From assembly GCA_951406725.2 (NCBI GenBank), contig OX597843.1, positions 3,410,001 to 3,474,000 of the forward strand: 64,000 nt of DNA, given 5' to 3'. Shown here in pieces: positions 26,701-39,194 of this stretch (positions are counted from its first letter, which is position 1; every line of letters begins with the position of its first letter). Position numbers and translations under genes: made by a program. Under the pieces are notes generated by a model. It made no database searches. It was given only the letters and a program-made list of their open reading frames with translations, and was not told where the DNA came from. Origin of the DNA: Octopus vulgaris. Its lineage: Eukaryota.

Positions 26701-29700
26701 TGTTTGAGTTGCCTAAATCGTTTTGGATTAAGTCTTTAATTTCAATGTGAACCTTTTGCTACCAAGTGAAGTGTCAAAGGTCGCTGGGACCAAAAAGGTG
26801 GGGCAGGGGTTAAACTATTTAAGTATTTCTCAGATGGAGAATATATTTACCGTGTTTGACCGATAAACTGTTGTCCGAAGAACTGCTGGAGAGGAGTTTG
26901 TGAGACGTCGTCTTGGCAACCGTTTTCGTCTTTCGACTCGTCTTCTTTTTCTGAGCACTTCTAAACTCAATTGTGTCCTCTTCAAAATCGCTGTTCGATG
27001 AACTGGAACTGTAACAGCAGAAACACAGAATACGAAATCAATACACTGATCCATCACAAAATAGATTATCAATCAATCACGGAATAAGACTCAACAGATC
27101 AATCAAAGGAATATGATACATGTGCAGGTGTGGTAAGATGTTTGCTTCCCGACCATATGGTTCCAGGTTCAGTCCCACTGCATGGTACATTGAGCAAATG
27201 TCTTCTACTATAGCCTTGGGCCGACCAAAGCCTTGTGAGTGGATTTGGTAGACGGAAACTGAAAGAAGCCTGTCGTATATATGTATATAGATATGTATGT
27301 GTGTGTGCTCCCCCCCCCCCCAACATCACTTGACAACCAATGTGGGACCCTGGGCCCTGGTTTCAGGAGTGTAGAACCACCTCTTAGCCACTACTGTTCC
27401 CAGGTCTACTCTGGCCCAGAGTGGTAGCATCTGCAAGGGCCCCATCTATGGATTAACTAGCAAACACCCCTGCGAATGGACGGGCAGGTGGGGGGGATCG
27501 ATAGAATACAGTCACCATATTCCCTTTGTGGCATAATAAGAGGCAACTAAAAGGGGGCAGGAGCAAGGGGCTTGGGAACCCTCTCCTCCTAATAAATCCA
27601 CATTCCTAAGAAGACAGCAAGAAAATGTCAAGGGGGGGGGGTGAGAAGGTTAACACCATATCTCCCCCTAGTACTAGGGTCACGGAATAATACTACTAAT
27701 AATAATGATAACAAAAATTAAAAAATATTTACTTTTCCGATGCTGCTTTTTGCGTGGGTTTCCCCAAGGGTTCCTTCTTCACTTCAGGCTTAATCTCATC
27801 CGACGAGTCATCACTGTCAGCATCTTTATAACTTACATTTGCTTTCCGTGCACGACTTGGGCGGCATTTCCTGAGTTTTGTAGTAGTTTCTTCTGAGGGT
27901 TCTTGCTCTAGTTTCACTTTCACTGTCTTTGGGGCTTTGCTCTTTCCTTTCTTGCTTTCGGTTTGTTTAACCCCTGCACTTGATTCCGCATTACTTTCAG
28001 GGTCTTTTGCCGAATTGTCAGGTGCAGAGCTTGTCTTTTTCGAGGTCTGGCTCTTCGCTTTTGTCTTTTCCTGCAAAATGGTTGATTAGTATTATTACCC
28101 GCATGCAGATATATATATGTATGCGTATATATATACATGTGTGTGTGTGTATAAAGATATATGTGTGTGTATAGATATCTATATCTGTACATATGCTTAA
28201 TAGTGTATGTATATATTTACTAGGGTTTAACTGTAGATATGTGTGTGTAATTCCATGTTTTTAATGCTGTGTATAAGGAGGCATACTTATATATGTGTAT
28301 ATATATACACACACACTATAAACTTATAAAGCTAGCAATTTGTAGTGGCAGATTTGTGTAAACTCGAAATTAAGAAGTTATTTATGACCACTACCATCCC
28401 ATCGAAGCCAAATTCTTATTCTCAACCCCTTTAGTATTTTATCTCTTACTCTACTTTATAGTCTCAATTCTCTTGTTTTTATTACTTTATTCTTATTTAT
28501 ATGTGGTCCTAACTTTATTATCCTTATTTTTACTATTTTTCGCTTTTATTACCCTTGTCTTTTACCTCCAGTAACCTTCCCCCTTATTCCTTATTTTTTG
28601 CTCCCTATTTCTCTTTCTATCTTATTTTCCTTCCTATCTTATACAAGAGAATTGAACATAAACCCATTCCAATCTATTTAACATTCACTCTGTGGTGATA
28701 CAGTATGGGCAGATTTTCGAAATTCAATGAATCTTTATACACTTACACAGTTAGGAAATTTTACAAATACACTTTCTCAGGGAGATATGATATAGCTATT
28801 ATAATGGGTAATACTACATGTTAAAAAGGTTGAGAAACACTGGTTTAGAAGTTGAATATGTCAAAGGTCAGACATTTACTTACCTTAGTGTCTTTCATGG
28901 GTATCGGATGAAAAGAGAGAACAATGCGGATTTTTAAACCAAGGGCCCGCAGCATGGCAGCAACCATCTGAAACGTGGGAATTAACATGAGATTAGAGAC
29001 ATTTGTGATTTCAAACTGGGAAACAAAGGGAACACAGGTGTTACTATAGCAATAAGTTCTTTTTCATCATCATTTGACAATGATTTTCCATGCTGGCATG
29101 AGTTTGACAGCAGCTTGCAATCCAGAGGAGGGCACCAAGAGTGTAATGGGTGCTTTTTATGTGCCAGTTACGTAACAACAGCCACAACTGCTATTGGTTT
29201 GATGGATCTTCTCACGATCAATATATTGTGAATGGTCTTGGTCGCTGCTTCTATGAGGCCCCAATACTGAAAGAGTGCTTTTTATGTGCCACTAGCATTG
29301 GCCACAACTATGATTTCACTTGGCTTGACAGGTCTTCTTACAGATTAAAGTTGGAGACAGGAAGAGCATCCGATGTGTGGGAGGTATTGAACAGGGGTGG
29401 GAGTGGTTGGTGCTGTTGCTGTTGAGTGAACGGTCTTTGTCCCAGAGCTCGCAAGATGGGAGAAGTCCGAAACGTGGTCCTTTGCTATTCCTAAGACCCG
29501 CAGAAGAGAAAGCAGGTCAACCCCCGACACTGAGAGCAGGAAGAAAGTTGGAGCCTCATGGAGCTTTTAGGTGTTTTCACTCAATAAACACACACAATGC
29601 CCAGTCTGGGAATCGAAACCGCGAGTCTGCTGCCCTAACCACTGGGCCATTGTGCCTCCACTTGCTGTTGAGTGTAGCGGTCTTCATCCTAGTGGGAGAA

Positions 29701-32485
29701 GTCCGAAACGTGGTCCTTTGCTATTCGTAAGACCTGCAGAAGAGAAAGCAGGTCAACCCCCGACACCGAGAGCATCGCCGGATGGATGAATGCGCATCCA
29801 GGTTCAGCGGTTGTGTAGGAAGTCGGGGACAAGAAACAGGAAGAAAGAGTGAGAGAAAGTTGGGGCGAAAGAGTACAACAGGAGCCACCACCACCCCCTG
29901 CCGGAGCCTCGTGGAGCTTTAGGTGTTTTCGCTCAATAAACACACACAACGCCCAGTCTGGGAATCGAAACTGCGATCTTCCGACCGCTGCCCTAACCAC
30001 TGGGCCATTGCGCCTCCGTGGTTGGTGCTCATGGGGATGGGCGCATGGCGAAGCGAAGAAATGAGATGAAGATTGAACTTACCAAAACTAGTTCTTTGGC
30101 ATTGCTTGCTCTGCGAAGAGACAACGCTTCCATTACGGCATCACAGGAAAACTGGAATGGAGAGGAGGAGGAGAAGGGAAGAATGTAAGACGAAAAAGAA
30201 AAGAACTGTAAAGCAATCAGGTACATGAAGGCGGTATTTGGGTTTATGCAAGGAGGGGGGAGAGAAAAGAGAGGTTATGGGAGTAGAAAAGGAGAGGGAG
30301 AAGAGGAATAGTAGGTGGGAGAAGACAGAGCAAGAAAAAGCCATTGGAGGTAGAGGGGAAGGAAGTGGAGGAGCAAGGGGAGGAGTGGAGAGGCAAAGGG
30401 AAGAGGTGGAGGAGCAAGGTGAGGAGTGGGGTGCAAGGAGGTGGAGGGGCAAAGGGAGGGAGGGGGTGGAAGAGCAAGGGGAGAAGGTGGAGGAGCAACA
30501 GATGAAGAAAGAGAAGTTGAAGACAAAAAAAAGATGAGAAGAAGGACAAGAAACAGAAAACCTACGTCGTCCTCATGGCTGCTGCTGCCATCTGCATTTT
30601 CTCTCGCATGAATTTCTATCGTCTTCGAGAAATTAATTATGACATCTTTGACGTTCGTTAATGTGAGCTTGTGCCGCGGTGGCACCTGTGTCACTAACGA
30701 AAGACCGAGGGCCTGGACCGTGGGGTCGTTGCAGATCCTGTTCAGGTGCATTCCGTGACAGAGGCAGCAGATTAGATGCACCTGAAATAAAGCAATCAAG
30801 GAGATAAATACATAATTAACCAAATGAAAATAAGTTTCAGAATGTTGGGGGCCGTGTTTACGGGGGACAGGAATCAGGAGGTTGAACACTTTGGGCAATA
30901 TATATCGACCTCAGTGTGTAACTGGTACTTATTTAATCGACCCCGAAAGGATGAAAGGCAAAGTCGACCTCGGTGGAATTTGAACTCAGAACGTAGCGGC
31001 AGACGAAATACTTATTTCTTTACTACCCACAAAGGGGCTAAACATAGAGGGGACAAACAAAGGTATTTAAGTCGATTACATCGACCCCAGTGCATAACTG
31101 GTACTTAATTTATCGACCCCGAAAGGATAAAAGACAAAGTGAACATCAGTGGAATTTGAACTCAGAATGTAACCGCAGACAAAATACTGCAAAGCATTTC
31201 GCCCGGTGTGCTAACGTTTCTGCCAGCTCGCCACCTTGCCCTATTCAATACCTCCCACACACCGGATGCTCTTCCTGTTTCCAACTTCCATCTGTGAGAA
31301 GACCTGTCAAGCCAAATGAAATCATAGTTGTGGCCAACGCAAGTGGCACATAAAAAGCCCTGATAGAAGCAGGGACAAGTGACCGAGACCATTGACAATA
31401 TATTGTGCGTGGGCAGTAAAGAAATAAGGAAACTAAAAGAAGCCTGTCCTATAATATATATATAAGAAACTGAAAGAAGACTGTCATATGTATGTGTGTC
31501 TATGTTTGTCACCCTGCCAGCACTTGAGAACCAGGGTTGGTTTATGTCCCTGTAACTTAGTGGTTCAGCAAAAAAGGGGCCAACAATACCTAGAAAAATG
31601 TAAGAACTGGCATCAGTTAGTTTGATTAAAACCCTTCAGACTTGTACCCCAGTTATAGCCACAGTCCAATGAATGACAAGCTGCAAAAGATAAAGATGGA
31701 TAAATATATATAGAGCAAAGCAAACAAGTGGATAAGTTCACCTTGTGTGTTTGAATTCTCAGATTACGTTGGAAGTTGTTGATAAGCCTTTTTAGAAACG
31801 CCTGCCATTCTTCCTGATAGGATTTCTTTCTACAAATACAAAGAAAAAACACTCATGAAACCACCTCTTGTTCTGCGATTCAAACCCCAGGTTCAAAAGA
31901 GATCCAAATTAAGAACATCACTGGTCACAATGCGCTTTGCATTGTTTTAGCCTTCAAATGACGCCACCCCGCTGGCTAATTTGCAGGTCAATATATATAT
32001 ATATCACCGTGACCGACCAGGCTATCAGATGTTGCTACACATCGCTGGTCACAATGCACTTCGCATTGTTTTAGCCTTCAAATCACGCTACCCTGCTGGC
32101 TAAGCGAGCAGGCCAACAGAAGAAAGAGTGTGAGAAAGTTGTGGCGAAAGAGTACAGCAGGGATTGCCATCACCCCCTGCAGGGGCCTCGTGGAGCTTTA
32201 GATGTTTACGCTCAATAAACACTCCCCACGACCGGCCTGGGAATCGAAACCGCTGCCCTAACCACTGGGCCATTGTGCCTCCCATATATATATATATACA
32301 CACGCATATATATGTATATATACATACATACATATATATATATATGTATATATACATACATACATATATATATATATGTATATATACATACATATATATA
32401 TACACACGCACATATATATATATATACATATATACATATATATATATGTATATATACATACATACATATATATATATATGTATAT

Positions 32486-32516
<31 letters not shown>

Positions 32517-34905
32517 CATACATACATATATATATATGTATATATACATACATACATATATGTATATATACATACATACATATATATATATATACATACA
32601 TACATACATACATATATATATACATACATACATACATACATATATATATACATACATACATATATATATATACATACATATATATATATATACATACATA
32701 CATATATATATACATACATACATATATATATATGTATATATACATACATACATATATATATATATGTATATATACATACATACATATATATATATATGTA
32801 TATATACATACATACATATATATATATGTATATATACATACACACATACATATATATATGTATGCCTCTACATGGTCATTTGATTTGCTAAAAACATTAG
32901 CAAAATCCCTTTTAACACACAACTCAACAGATACACAGAAATCCAAGAGGCTGCTACTCAACTTTTTTTTCTTCTTCCTCTTCATCCACTCCTCATGTTC
33001 CAGTGTGATTTCAATGGATTCCTGGGGCTGTCTTGTACTGCTGGAGGCACAGGTCGGGTCATCTGCGGAACAACGGAGATAAGAATCCTTTATGTTATAA
33101 GCACAAAGCCTGAAATCTGCAGGGAGGGGGGGGGGGGGTAATTCTATTACATCGACTCCAGTGCGTAACTGGTACTTGTTTAATCGAGCCTGGCTCGAGG
33201 CTATAGTAGAAGACACTTGCCGAAGGTGCCACACAGTGGGACTGAACCCGGAGGTATATGGTTGAGAAGCGAGCTTGTTACCACACAGCCATGACTGTAC
33301 CTGGGAGCCACACACACATGAAAGGCAAAGTGGACCTCGGCAGAATTTGAACTCAGAACGTAACGGCAGATGAAATACCTATTTCTTTACTACCCACACA
33401 AGGGGCTAAACACAGAGGGGACAAACAAGGACAGACAAACGGATTAAGTCGATTATATCGACCTCTAGTGCATAACTGGTACTTATTTAATCGACCCCGA
33501 AAGGATGAAAGGCAAAGTCGACCTGTGTGCATGTCTCTGTGTGTGTTTGTCCCTCACCGCAATGCCTGACAACCAAAGTTGGTTTGTTCACATCCCCGTA
33601 ACTTAGTAGTTTCAGCATAAGAGACTGATATATTAAATACATGACTTAAAAAAAAAAAGCACGAGGGTTGATTTGATCGACTAAACACTTCAAACTGGTG
33701 CTCCAGCATGGCCGGCCACAGTCCAACGACTGTAACAAAATACAAAAAAAAAACAGAATGAACTTACCAGCCACTTCTTCCCACGCTGAGTCACTCGAAT
33801 CTTCAGCGGTCCCTGCCATATTCTGCTCCCTCAGATGCTTGTTCCCTTCAACCTTTATCAGCATAGCCCTGATATCATCCTCATCAATTGCCCCCTTTTT
33901 TTTCACATCACCAGCTTTTACCGTTTCCTTCTTCTTCACATTTGTCTTTCTCTGATTCGTTCGTTTTCCTTTCTTTCCACCAACTTCAGAACCTCCTTCG
34001 TCACTATTCCCATCATCGCTACCCCCACCTTTGACGTGACGAGGCCCTTTAGATTTCGAACCAGCCGCTAATTCTTTTTTATCTTTCTTCTTCGTCGAGC
34101 TTTTGCCCTTGCTGGGTTCACCAACCTTCTCGGAGGTTTTCAAACGAGTCACATTTTTCTCATCCACCTCAGCTTTTGATTCAGTGCCACATTTATCGAC
34201 ATTCACATCTTTCACACCCAACAAAAATTCATTAAAGACAGAACTTTTTACATTCCCCTTCGATTCCTCAGCTGCCCTATTTTCACCAGAGCCCTTAACA
34301 TCTTGCTCTTTACCCACCTCTGCCTGCTTTTGCTCCCTTTCACGACGGCCCACAATGTCCTGCTTACATTTTTCCAAAGCATCACGTTTAAGAAATGAAG
34401 ACTTAGTCTCAGGAACATCAGAGTCACTTCCTTCACTGCTCAATAAAAGACTCTTAGAATTGAAACTAAACCCCATTTTCATCCCTTTCCTCTCTTCATC
34501 CTCACTAGAACCCTCTTCATCATCCTTATTTTTACCCCGTCTGGTCCTGTTGCTATTTGTTATAGGAATTCGTAGTTTCGTTTTAGCCTTCTGGCCACCG
34601 ACACTTCGATTCTGACCAAGTTTCTTCGATTTAACCTTTTTAGCTTCTGGCTCGAAATCATCTTCTGAACTAAAGCTATCGGTTTCCTCACTTCGTCTCG
34701 CTTTACTGAAGGGTCTTTGAATCTTTGGTTTCCAGTTCTGCTGCTCTTCATCCCCATCACTGCTAGAATCGTCGGAGTTACCAGATTCATAGTAGTTCTT
34801 CCGCGCCGATCTTGGTCTCGTCCGAGAACCAGAGCTTAGTAACTCCGATTTAACTTCATCAGCCGTTGAACTTTCGCTGCCAGTTTTCACTGCTTTTGAC
34901 CTCAT
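17510..34905 (-). CDS. XPC: DNA repair protein XPC (Rad4 homolog), 21 coding exons, 1152 aa
   Basis: Exons join in phase at GT-AG boundaries (3459 nt). Motifs: acidic W-E-E-V (p62-binding), [108 protein letters not shown], centrin-binding NWKKLIRGL. Confidence 0.96.
17855..18525 (-). mobile_element. Cluster of nested/tandem SINE family B copies
   Basis: Repeated AAAGGATGAAAGGCAAAGTCGACCTCGG...GAACTCAGAACG and CCCACAAGGGGCTAAAC modules. Confidence 0.8.
18843..18932 (-). CDS. XPC: XPC coding exon 20 (centrin-binding helix)
   Basis: [30 protein letters not shown]. Confidence 0.94.
19973..20066 (-). CDS. XPC: XPC coding exon 19
   Basis: [31 protein letters not shown]. Confidence 0.93.
20405..20656 (+). 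mobile_element. Mariner transposase C-terminal fragment (degenerate)
   Basis: Translates with breaks to [28 protein letters not shown]...[20 protein letters not shown], matching the mariner HPPYSPDLAPSD region. Confidence 0.8.
20661..20863. mobile_element. piggyBac-like MITE
   Basis: TTAA flanks, reverse orientation of the 579-788 family. Confidence 0.8.
20922..21015 (-). CDS. XPC: XPC coding exon 18 (BHD3)
   Basis: [32 protein letters not shown]. Confidence 0.95.
21501..21582 (-). CDS. XPC: XPC coding exon 17 (BHD3)
   Basis: [27 protein letters not shown]. Confidence 0.95.
21956..22045 (-). CDS. XPC: XPC coding exon 16 (BHD2)
   Basis: [30 protein letters not shown]. Confidence 0.94.
22723..22767 (-). 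CDS. XPC: XPC coding exon 15
   Basis: [15 protein letters not shown]. Confidence 0.93.
23156..23200 (-). CDS. XPC: XPC coding exon 14
   Basis: [15 protein letters not shown]. Confidence 0.93.
23837..23948 (-). CDS. XPC: XPC coding exon 13 (BHD1)
   Basis: [37 protein letters not shown]. Confidence 0.95.
24606..24663 (-). CDS. XPC: XPC coding exon 12
   Basis: [20 protein letters not shown]. Confidence 0.93.
25270..25422 (-). CDS. XPC: XPC coding exon 11
   Basis: [36 protein letters not shown]...EDEQIK. Weak donor gtctaa. Confidence 0.9.
25771..25863 (-). CDS. XPC: XPC coding exon 10
   Basis: [31 protein letters not shown]. Confidence 0.9.
26171..26221 (-). CDS. XPC: XPC coding exon 9
   Basis: [17 protein letters not shown]. 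Confidence 0.92.
26851..27008 (-). CDS. XPC: XPC coding exon 8
   Basis: [22 protein letters not shown]...SLSVKH, phase 2 to 1. Confidence 0.82.
27733..28070 (-). CDS. XPC: XPC coding exon 7 (disordered insert in the TGD)
   Basis: [12 protein letters not shown]...QKAASE, phase 0 to 2. Confidence 0.85.
28884..28967 (-). CDS. XPC: XPC coding exon 6
   Basis: [28 protein letters not shown]. Confidence 0.92.
30083..30151 (-). CDS. XPC: XPC coding exon 5
   Basis: [23 protein letters not shown]. Confidence 0.85.
30566..30781 (-). CDS. XPC: XPC coding exon 4
   Basis: [30 protein letters not shown]...HEDD. Confidence 0.92.
31742..31829 (-). CDS. XPC: XPC coding exon 3
   Basis: [29 protein letters not shown]. 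Confidence 0.9.
32284..32862. repeat. Long compound (TA)/(CATA) microsatellite
   Basis: About 580 bp of TA/TACA/TATG units. Source of the spurious YIYI ORFs. Confidence 0.95.
32963..33062 (-). CDS. XPC: XPC coding exon 2
   Basis: DPTCASS...[18 protein letters not shown]. Weak donor gttgag, but phase fits the next exon. Confidence 0.8.
33768..34905 (-). CDS. XPC: XPC coding exon 1 (charged N-terminal region)
   Basis: cag|[12 protein letters not shown]...[11 protein letters not shown]|gtaagt. Confidence 0.88.
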
Positions 34906-35856
34906 CTGAAATGTTGGATGATAAAAATAATGATAATAATTAATTCTTTTTATTGGCCACAAAGGGCTGACAAAAATGATTAGAAAACATAAAGGGACAA
35001 AACAGGACGAAAGGTTTTGTCCGTTTTTCGAAAGAAAAAAGTCCGTGTAAACAAGCTTTACAACAACGAAAAAATTCAACAATTTACAAAACTCCCAATA
35101 GAGGAGACGCTTCGAAAAAAAAGGAAAGGTCTCACGTGGAAAAACCCCTAAAAGCCACGGGAGCCTGGTCAAAAGGGGGGTAGAGAGCCCCTTTCTTTTT
35201 TTATAATACTACTTAATATCTAACCCATAAAAGCCACGGGAGCCTGGTCAAAAGGGGGGTAGAGAGCCCCTTTCTTTTTTTATAATACCTTTTTTCATTA
35301 CAGGTGAAAACCTCAGAATTGGTCCATTTATACTGGCCATTCTTCCACAATTCACCCACCTTTCAGAAAACTTGCTATCAGACAGAATAATAATAGTGAA
35401 ATCTAAAAACAGAAACAATTCCTATCATAGCAGGCACATTATCATCTACGAAACAATATTTTGAAATGTCTGATGGTTATAAGCCTTCTTGTTGTATATA
35501 ATACACCGGTTTTACTTTCGTAAATCTGAACCTAATTCGTCTCATCAGAACAATTAATAATTCATAGCAATCTAAAATTTAAACGAACTCAAGAAATATA
35601 CTTCACGCATAGCATGGGAAATATTTTTTAGGGGCCAATGTGCGCCCAACATCAACATCGTATATGTGATTTACAGATAGAAAAAAAAAAGGGTGATTCT
35701 TTTTTACATGATGGAACAGCGAAATCATGAAATAAACTATTTTGGTCCAAGCCGAAAGCTTATTACTGATGGGTTAGTAGGAATCTCTGGGAGAAAGCTG
35801 AACAGAAGCAGGTAAAGAATACAGACACCCCCCGTCTTCGGCGTAACCCTAACCCA

Positions 35857-36272
35857 ATAATAATTGTGTACAGTGCTCAGGTGCACTACAACTCATCTAA
35901 AGTGTATGTATAATCAGGTGTAGTTTCGGCGGATTTCGGAAAGCATGAGGGCCTTAAAGGATGCAGTGTCATGGCAGTCAACAACTGACGCAGGCAGTTT
36001 ATTCCATGCTTCAGCAACTCTGAGCGTGAAAAAATGTTTCCGAAAGTCATGGGAGTTGTGTTGTTTTCTGACTTTGTAGTCATGTCCACGCGTGTTGGAC
36101 ACATGGAGAACAAAAAGGTGTTGTTGGTGAGGTGGTTGATAACTTTGTGGGTGTTTAGCAAGTCCGTCGCCAGAGCTTCAGTGAATCCATGCCCAGGGAA
36201 ACAAGGCGCTCAGAGTATGGTAGGTGTCTGATGGAGGGTATGCGTTTGGTTGCACTTCTGTGGACAGATTCC
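35857..36272 (-). mobile_element. CR1-clade LINE 3' fragment
   Basis: Degenerate ESV...ATKRIPSIRHLPYSERL followed by NTRGHDYKVRKQ...FFTLRVAEAWNKLPASVV (CR1 C-terminus). (TTA)n tail near 35857. Confidence 0.82.
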
Positions 36273-38150
36273 TAGCCCTAAACCCCAGGTGTACGTATTC
36301 TTTACCAATATATATATATATATATGGTAGACTTGTGTTGAGTCGTGGAATGTTTTGGAACAAATAATTCAAAGACCAAGCCTCACCAACAATTATGCCA
36401 CGGTGAATTGACTGACAATTACCGAACAAGTCATCGTCGAAATTGACGGAAATTCACCTTAAAACACACGTGTTGATAGATAAATAGAATAGACAGCCAG
36501 ATAGGTAGACATCCGAATCTTGTCCCACACAATGAATGTTATATAATAGATGTACATAATATAGTGTGTGGTACGTGCGTGACCACCCATTTTGGCAAAA
36601 AAATTGCGTTACAAGTTCTTGAACTAATTTTGCCGGTTAGTTTGACACCTTTATATTAATTAAGCATTAGAATTCTTCAAGCTGTATAAAAATGGTTATT
36701 GTCTGCATCATTCGAAAGAGAAATAAATTCTGCATAAGGTGTGAACGATAGAAAGCAATTTCTTATGGTGTTAGTAACAAAATATTTTGTAAGAAATTAG
36801 AAAGAACTTTTATCATCCGTCTTAAATAAGAAGAGTGAAAAATAGCAATTTAAAACCAGTGGTCTAGCATATAGAAAAATTATATTACTTACATACAAGA
36901 GTGACGGACACCCATTAATTTTATTGGTTGCACGTCTCTAGACAGATTCCTAGCCCTAAACCCCGGGTGTGCGTATTCTTTACCAATATATATATACATA
37001 TATGGTAGACTTGTGTTGAGTCGTGGAATGTTTTGGGACAATAATTCAAATGTGTCACGGTGAATTGACTGAGAATTACCGAACGAGTCATCGTCGAAAT
37101 TGACGGAAGACCCACCTTAAAACGCACGTGTTGATAGATAGATAGATAGAGACAGAGAGGTAGACATCCGAATCTTGTCCCACACAATGAATGTTATATA
37201 ATAGATGTACATAATATAGTGTGTGTACGTGTGTGACCACCCATTTTGGCAAAAAAAATTGCAAGTTCTTTAACTAATTTTGCCGGTAAATTTGAAACGT
37301 TTATATTAATTTAGCTTTAGAATTCTTCAAGCTGTATAAAAATGGTTATTGTCTGCATCATTCGAAAGAGAAATAAATTCTGCATAAGGTGTGAACGATA
37401 AAAAACAATTTCTTATGGTGTTAGTAACAAAATATTTTGTAAGAAATAAAGAACTTTTATCATCGGTCTTAAATAAGAAGAGTATCAATTTAAAACCCAG
37501 TGGTCTAGAATGTAGGAAAATTATATTACTTACATACAAGAGTGACGGACACCCATTAATTTTATTGGTTGCACGTCTCTGGACAGATTCCTAGCCCTAA
37601 ACCCCGGGTGTGCGTATTCTTTACCAATATATATATATATATATGGTAGACTTGTGTTGAGTCGTGGAATGTTTTGGGACAATAATTCAAATGTGTCACG
37701 GTGAATTTACTGAGAATTACCGAACGAGTCATCGTCGAAATTGACGGAAGATCCACCTTAAAACACACGTGTTGATAGATAGGTAGACATCCGAATCTTG
37801 TCCCACACAACGAATGTTATATCATATAGTGAGTAACCACCCATTTTGGCAAAAAAATTGCATACATGTTCTTAAGCTAATTTTGCCGGTAAATTTGAAA
37901 CGTTTATATTAATTTAGCTTTAGAATTCTTCAAGCTGTATAAAAATAGTTATTGTCTGCATCATTCGAAAGAGAAATAAATTCTGCACAAGGTGTGAACG
38001 ATAGAAAATAATTTTTTTATGGTGTTAGTAACAAAATATTTTATCATCGGTCTTAAATAAGAAGAGTTGAAAGATATTAATTTAAAACCAGAGGTCGAGC
38101 ATATAGAGAAATTATATTACTTACATACAAGAGCGACGGACACCCATTTA
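36246..38150. repeat. Three tandem ~640-680 bp units containing a Helitron-like 5' end
   Basis: ACAGATTCCTAGCCC at 36264, 36942 and 37583. Minus-strand ATCTATTATATAAC termini in units 1-2. Hairpin plus CTAG at 38252-38282. Confidence 0.85.
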
Positions 38151-38786
38151 ATTCTGTAGAATATTATTTTACTTTGGTCGCAAACAGATATGTATCGCGC
38201 ACGTGCCATACCAACTCATTTGCATACGCGCACTTGCTAGCACGGACTCGCGTGGGCGCGCACCGGGCCCAATTTTAGCTAGTAATAGGGTCGATAAACT
38301 GGGTCAAAGAAGGGGAGGGGGGAATAATACTAGGTCAAATGCAAAAGGGGATCGAAAAGGCGGCGAGCCTGCCAGTTTAGCGCACCAAACGAAAATACTC
38401 AGAAGTACTCCGACCGCAAAGACGTCCCGGGGAAGCGAACCTCCCCAGGACGTCACGGCGGACGAAATACAACTAAGTAATTCCGTCCGACGCGCTAAAC
38501 GACCGGGCCAGCTTACCGCCACTGAAAAATTGTGTAATTAAGAGATATTTAAGTTTAAAAAAAAAAAGAAGAAAAATTGAAGGTTGTCCGTGGAATCGCC
38601 ACAACATTCTTTAACTTTTTGTCTCAAAATGGGTTTTTTTTCTTCAACCCAGTTTTGCTTTCGCTTCTATTCAAAGCAGAATGCTTTTGCATCCAGACTC
38701 TCCTAAAAACCACACATATATAATATAAACATATACATACATACCTACGTAAATATGTATATGGTACAGGGTATATAAAAAAAACG

Positions 38787-39194
38787 GGATCTTTTCCTTT
38801 TGAACAGCACAACACAATTTCTAGTTAACTAAACACTTTTAAACTTCGTATACTGGTAGAATGTGTTTATGAAACATCTTTTTCTCTTGGCTTTATTGAG
38901 AAAATTCTATAGTTTGTAAGATATTTCGTCTAAAATTTTTTGCATTTCGGCAATTTTAACCATTACGTCCATTTAGGTGAATAACATTCTGTGCATAATG
39001 AATATGTCCCTCGTTTAAGAAACAGATTGGGTCTATTTACATTTGTGAAGAAAAAAGATACCCTTCCCCCACCCCTAACTAACCTTAACCCTAAAACAGA
39101 TTGAAATGCAATAGATCGATACTAGGGTCGTAATTATGGGTGACAATTTCATGACACCGCTAGAAAAAAACTGCCGTTCAAACCGAAAGGATCC
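38787..39194. mobile_element. Merlin-like MITE
   Basis: TIR GGATCTTTTC.. / ..CCGAAAGGATCC with near-perfect 8-bp TSD AAAAAACG/AAAAAAAG. Confidence 0.75.

Noticed and set aside
32100-33315. Long ORFs of YIYIHT/MYVCIY composition (also near 13.5, 46.2, 50.1 and 50.7 kb)
   Set aside because: Translations of TA/CATA/CA microsatellites, not genes.
34906-35172. N-terminal 89 aa of the 508-aa ORF
   Set aside because: Lies upstream of a clear acceptor (cag|ATG) and has intron-like composition.
38517-38815. Possible extra XPC 5' exon (acceptor 38703-38704, donor GTAAGC inside a SINE head at 38511-38516)
   Set aside because: No protein similarity, and the donor is repeat-derived. It cannot be supported without transcripts.
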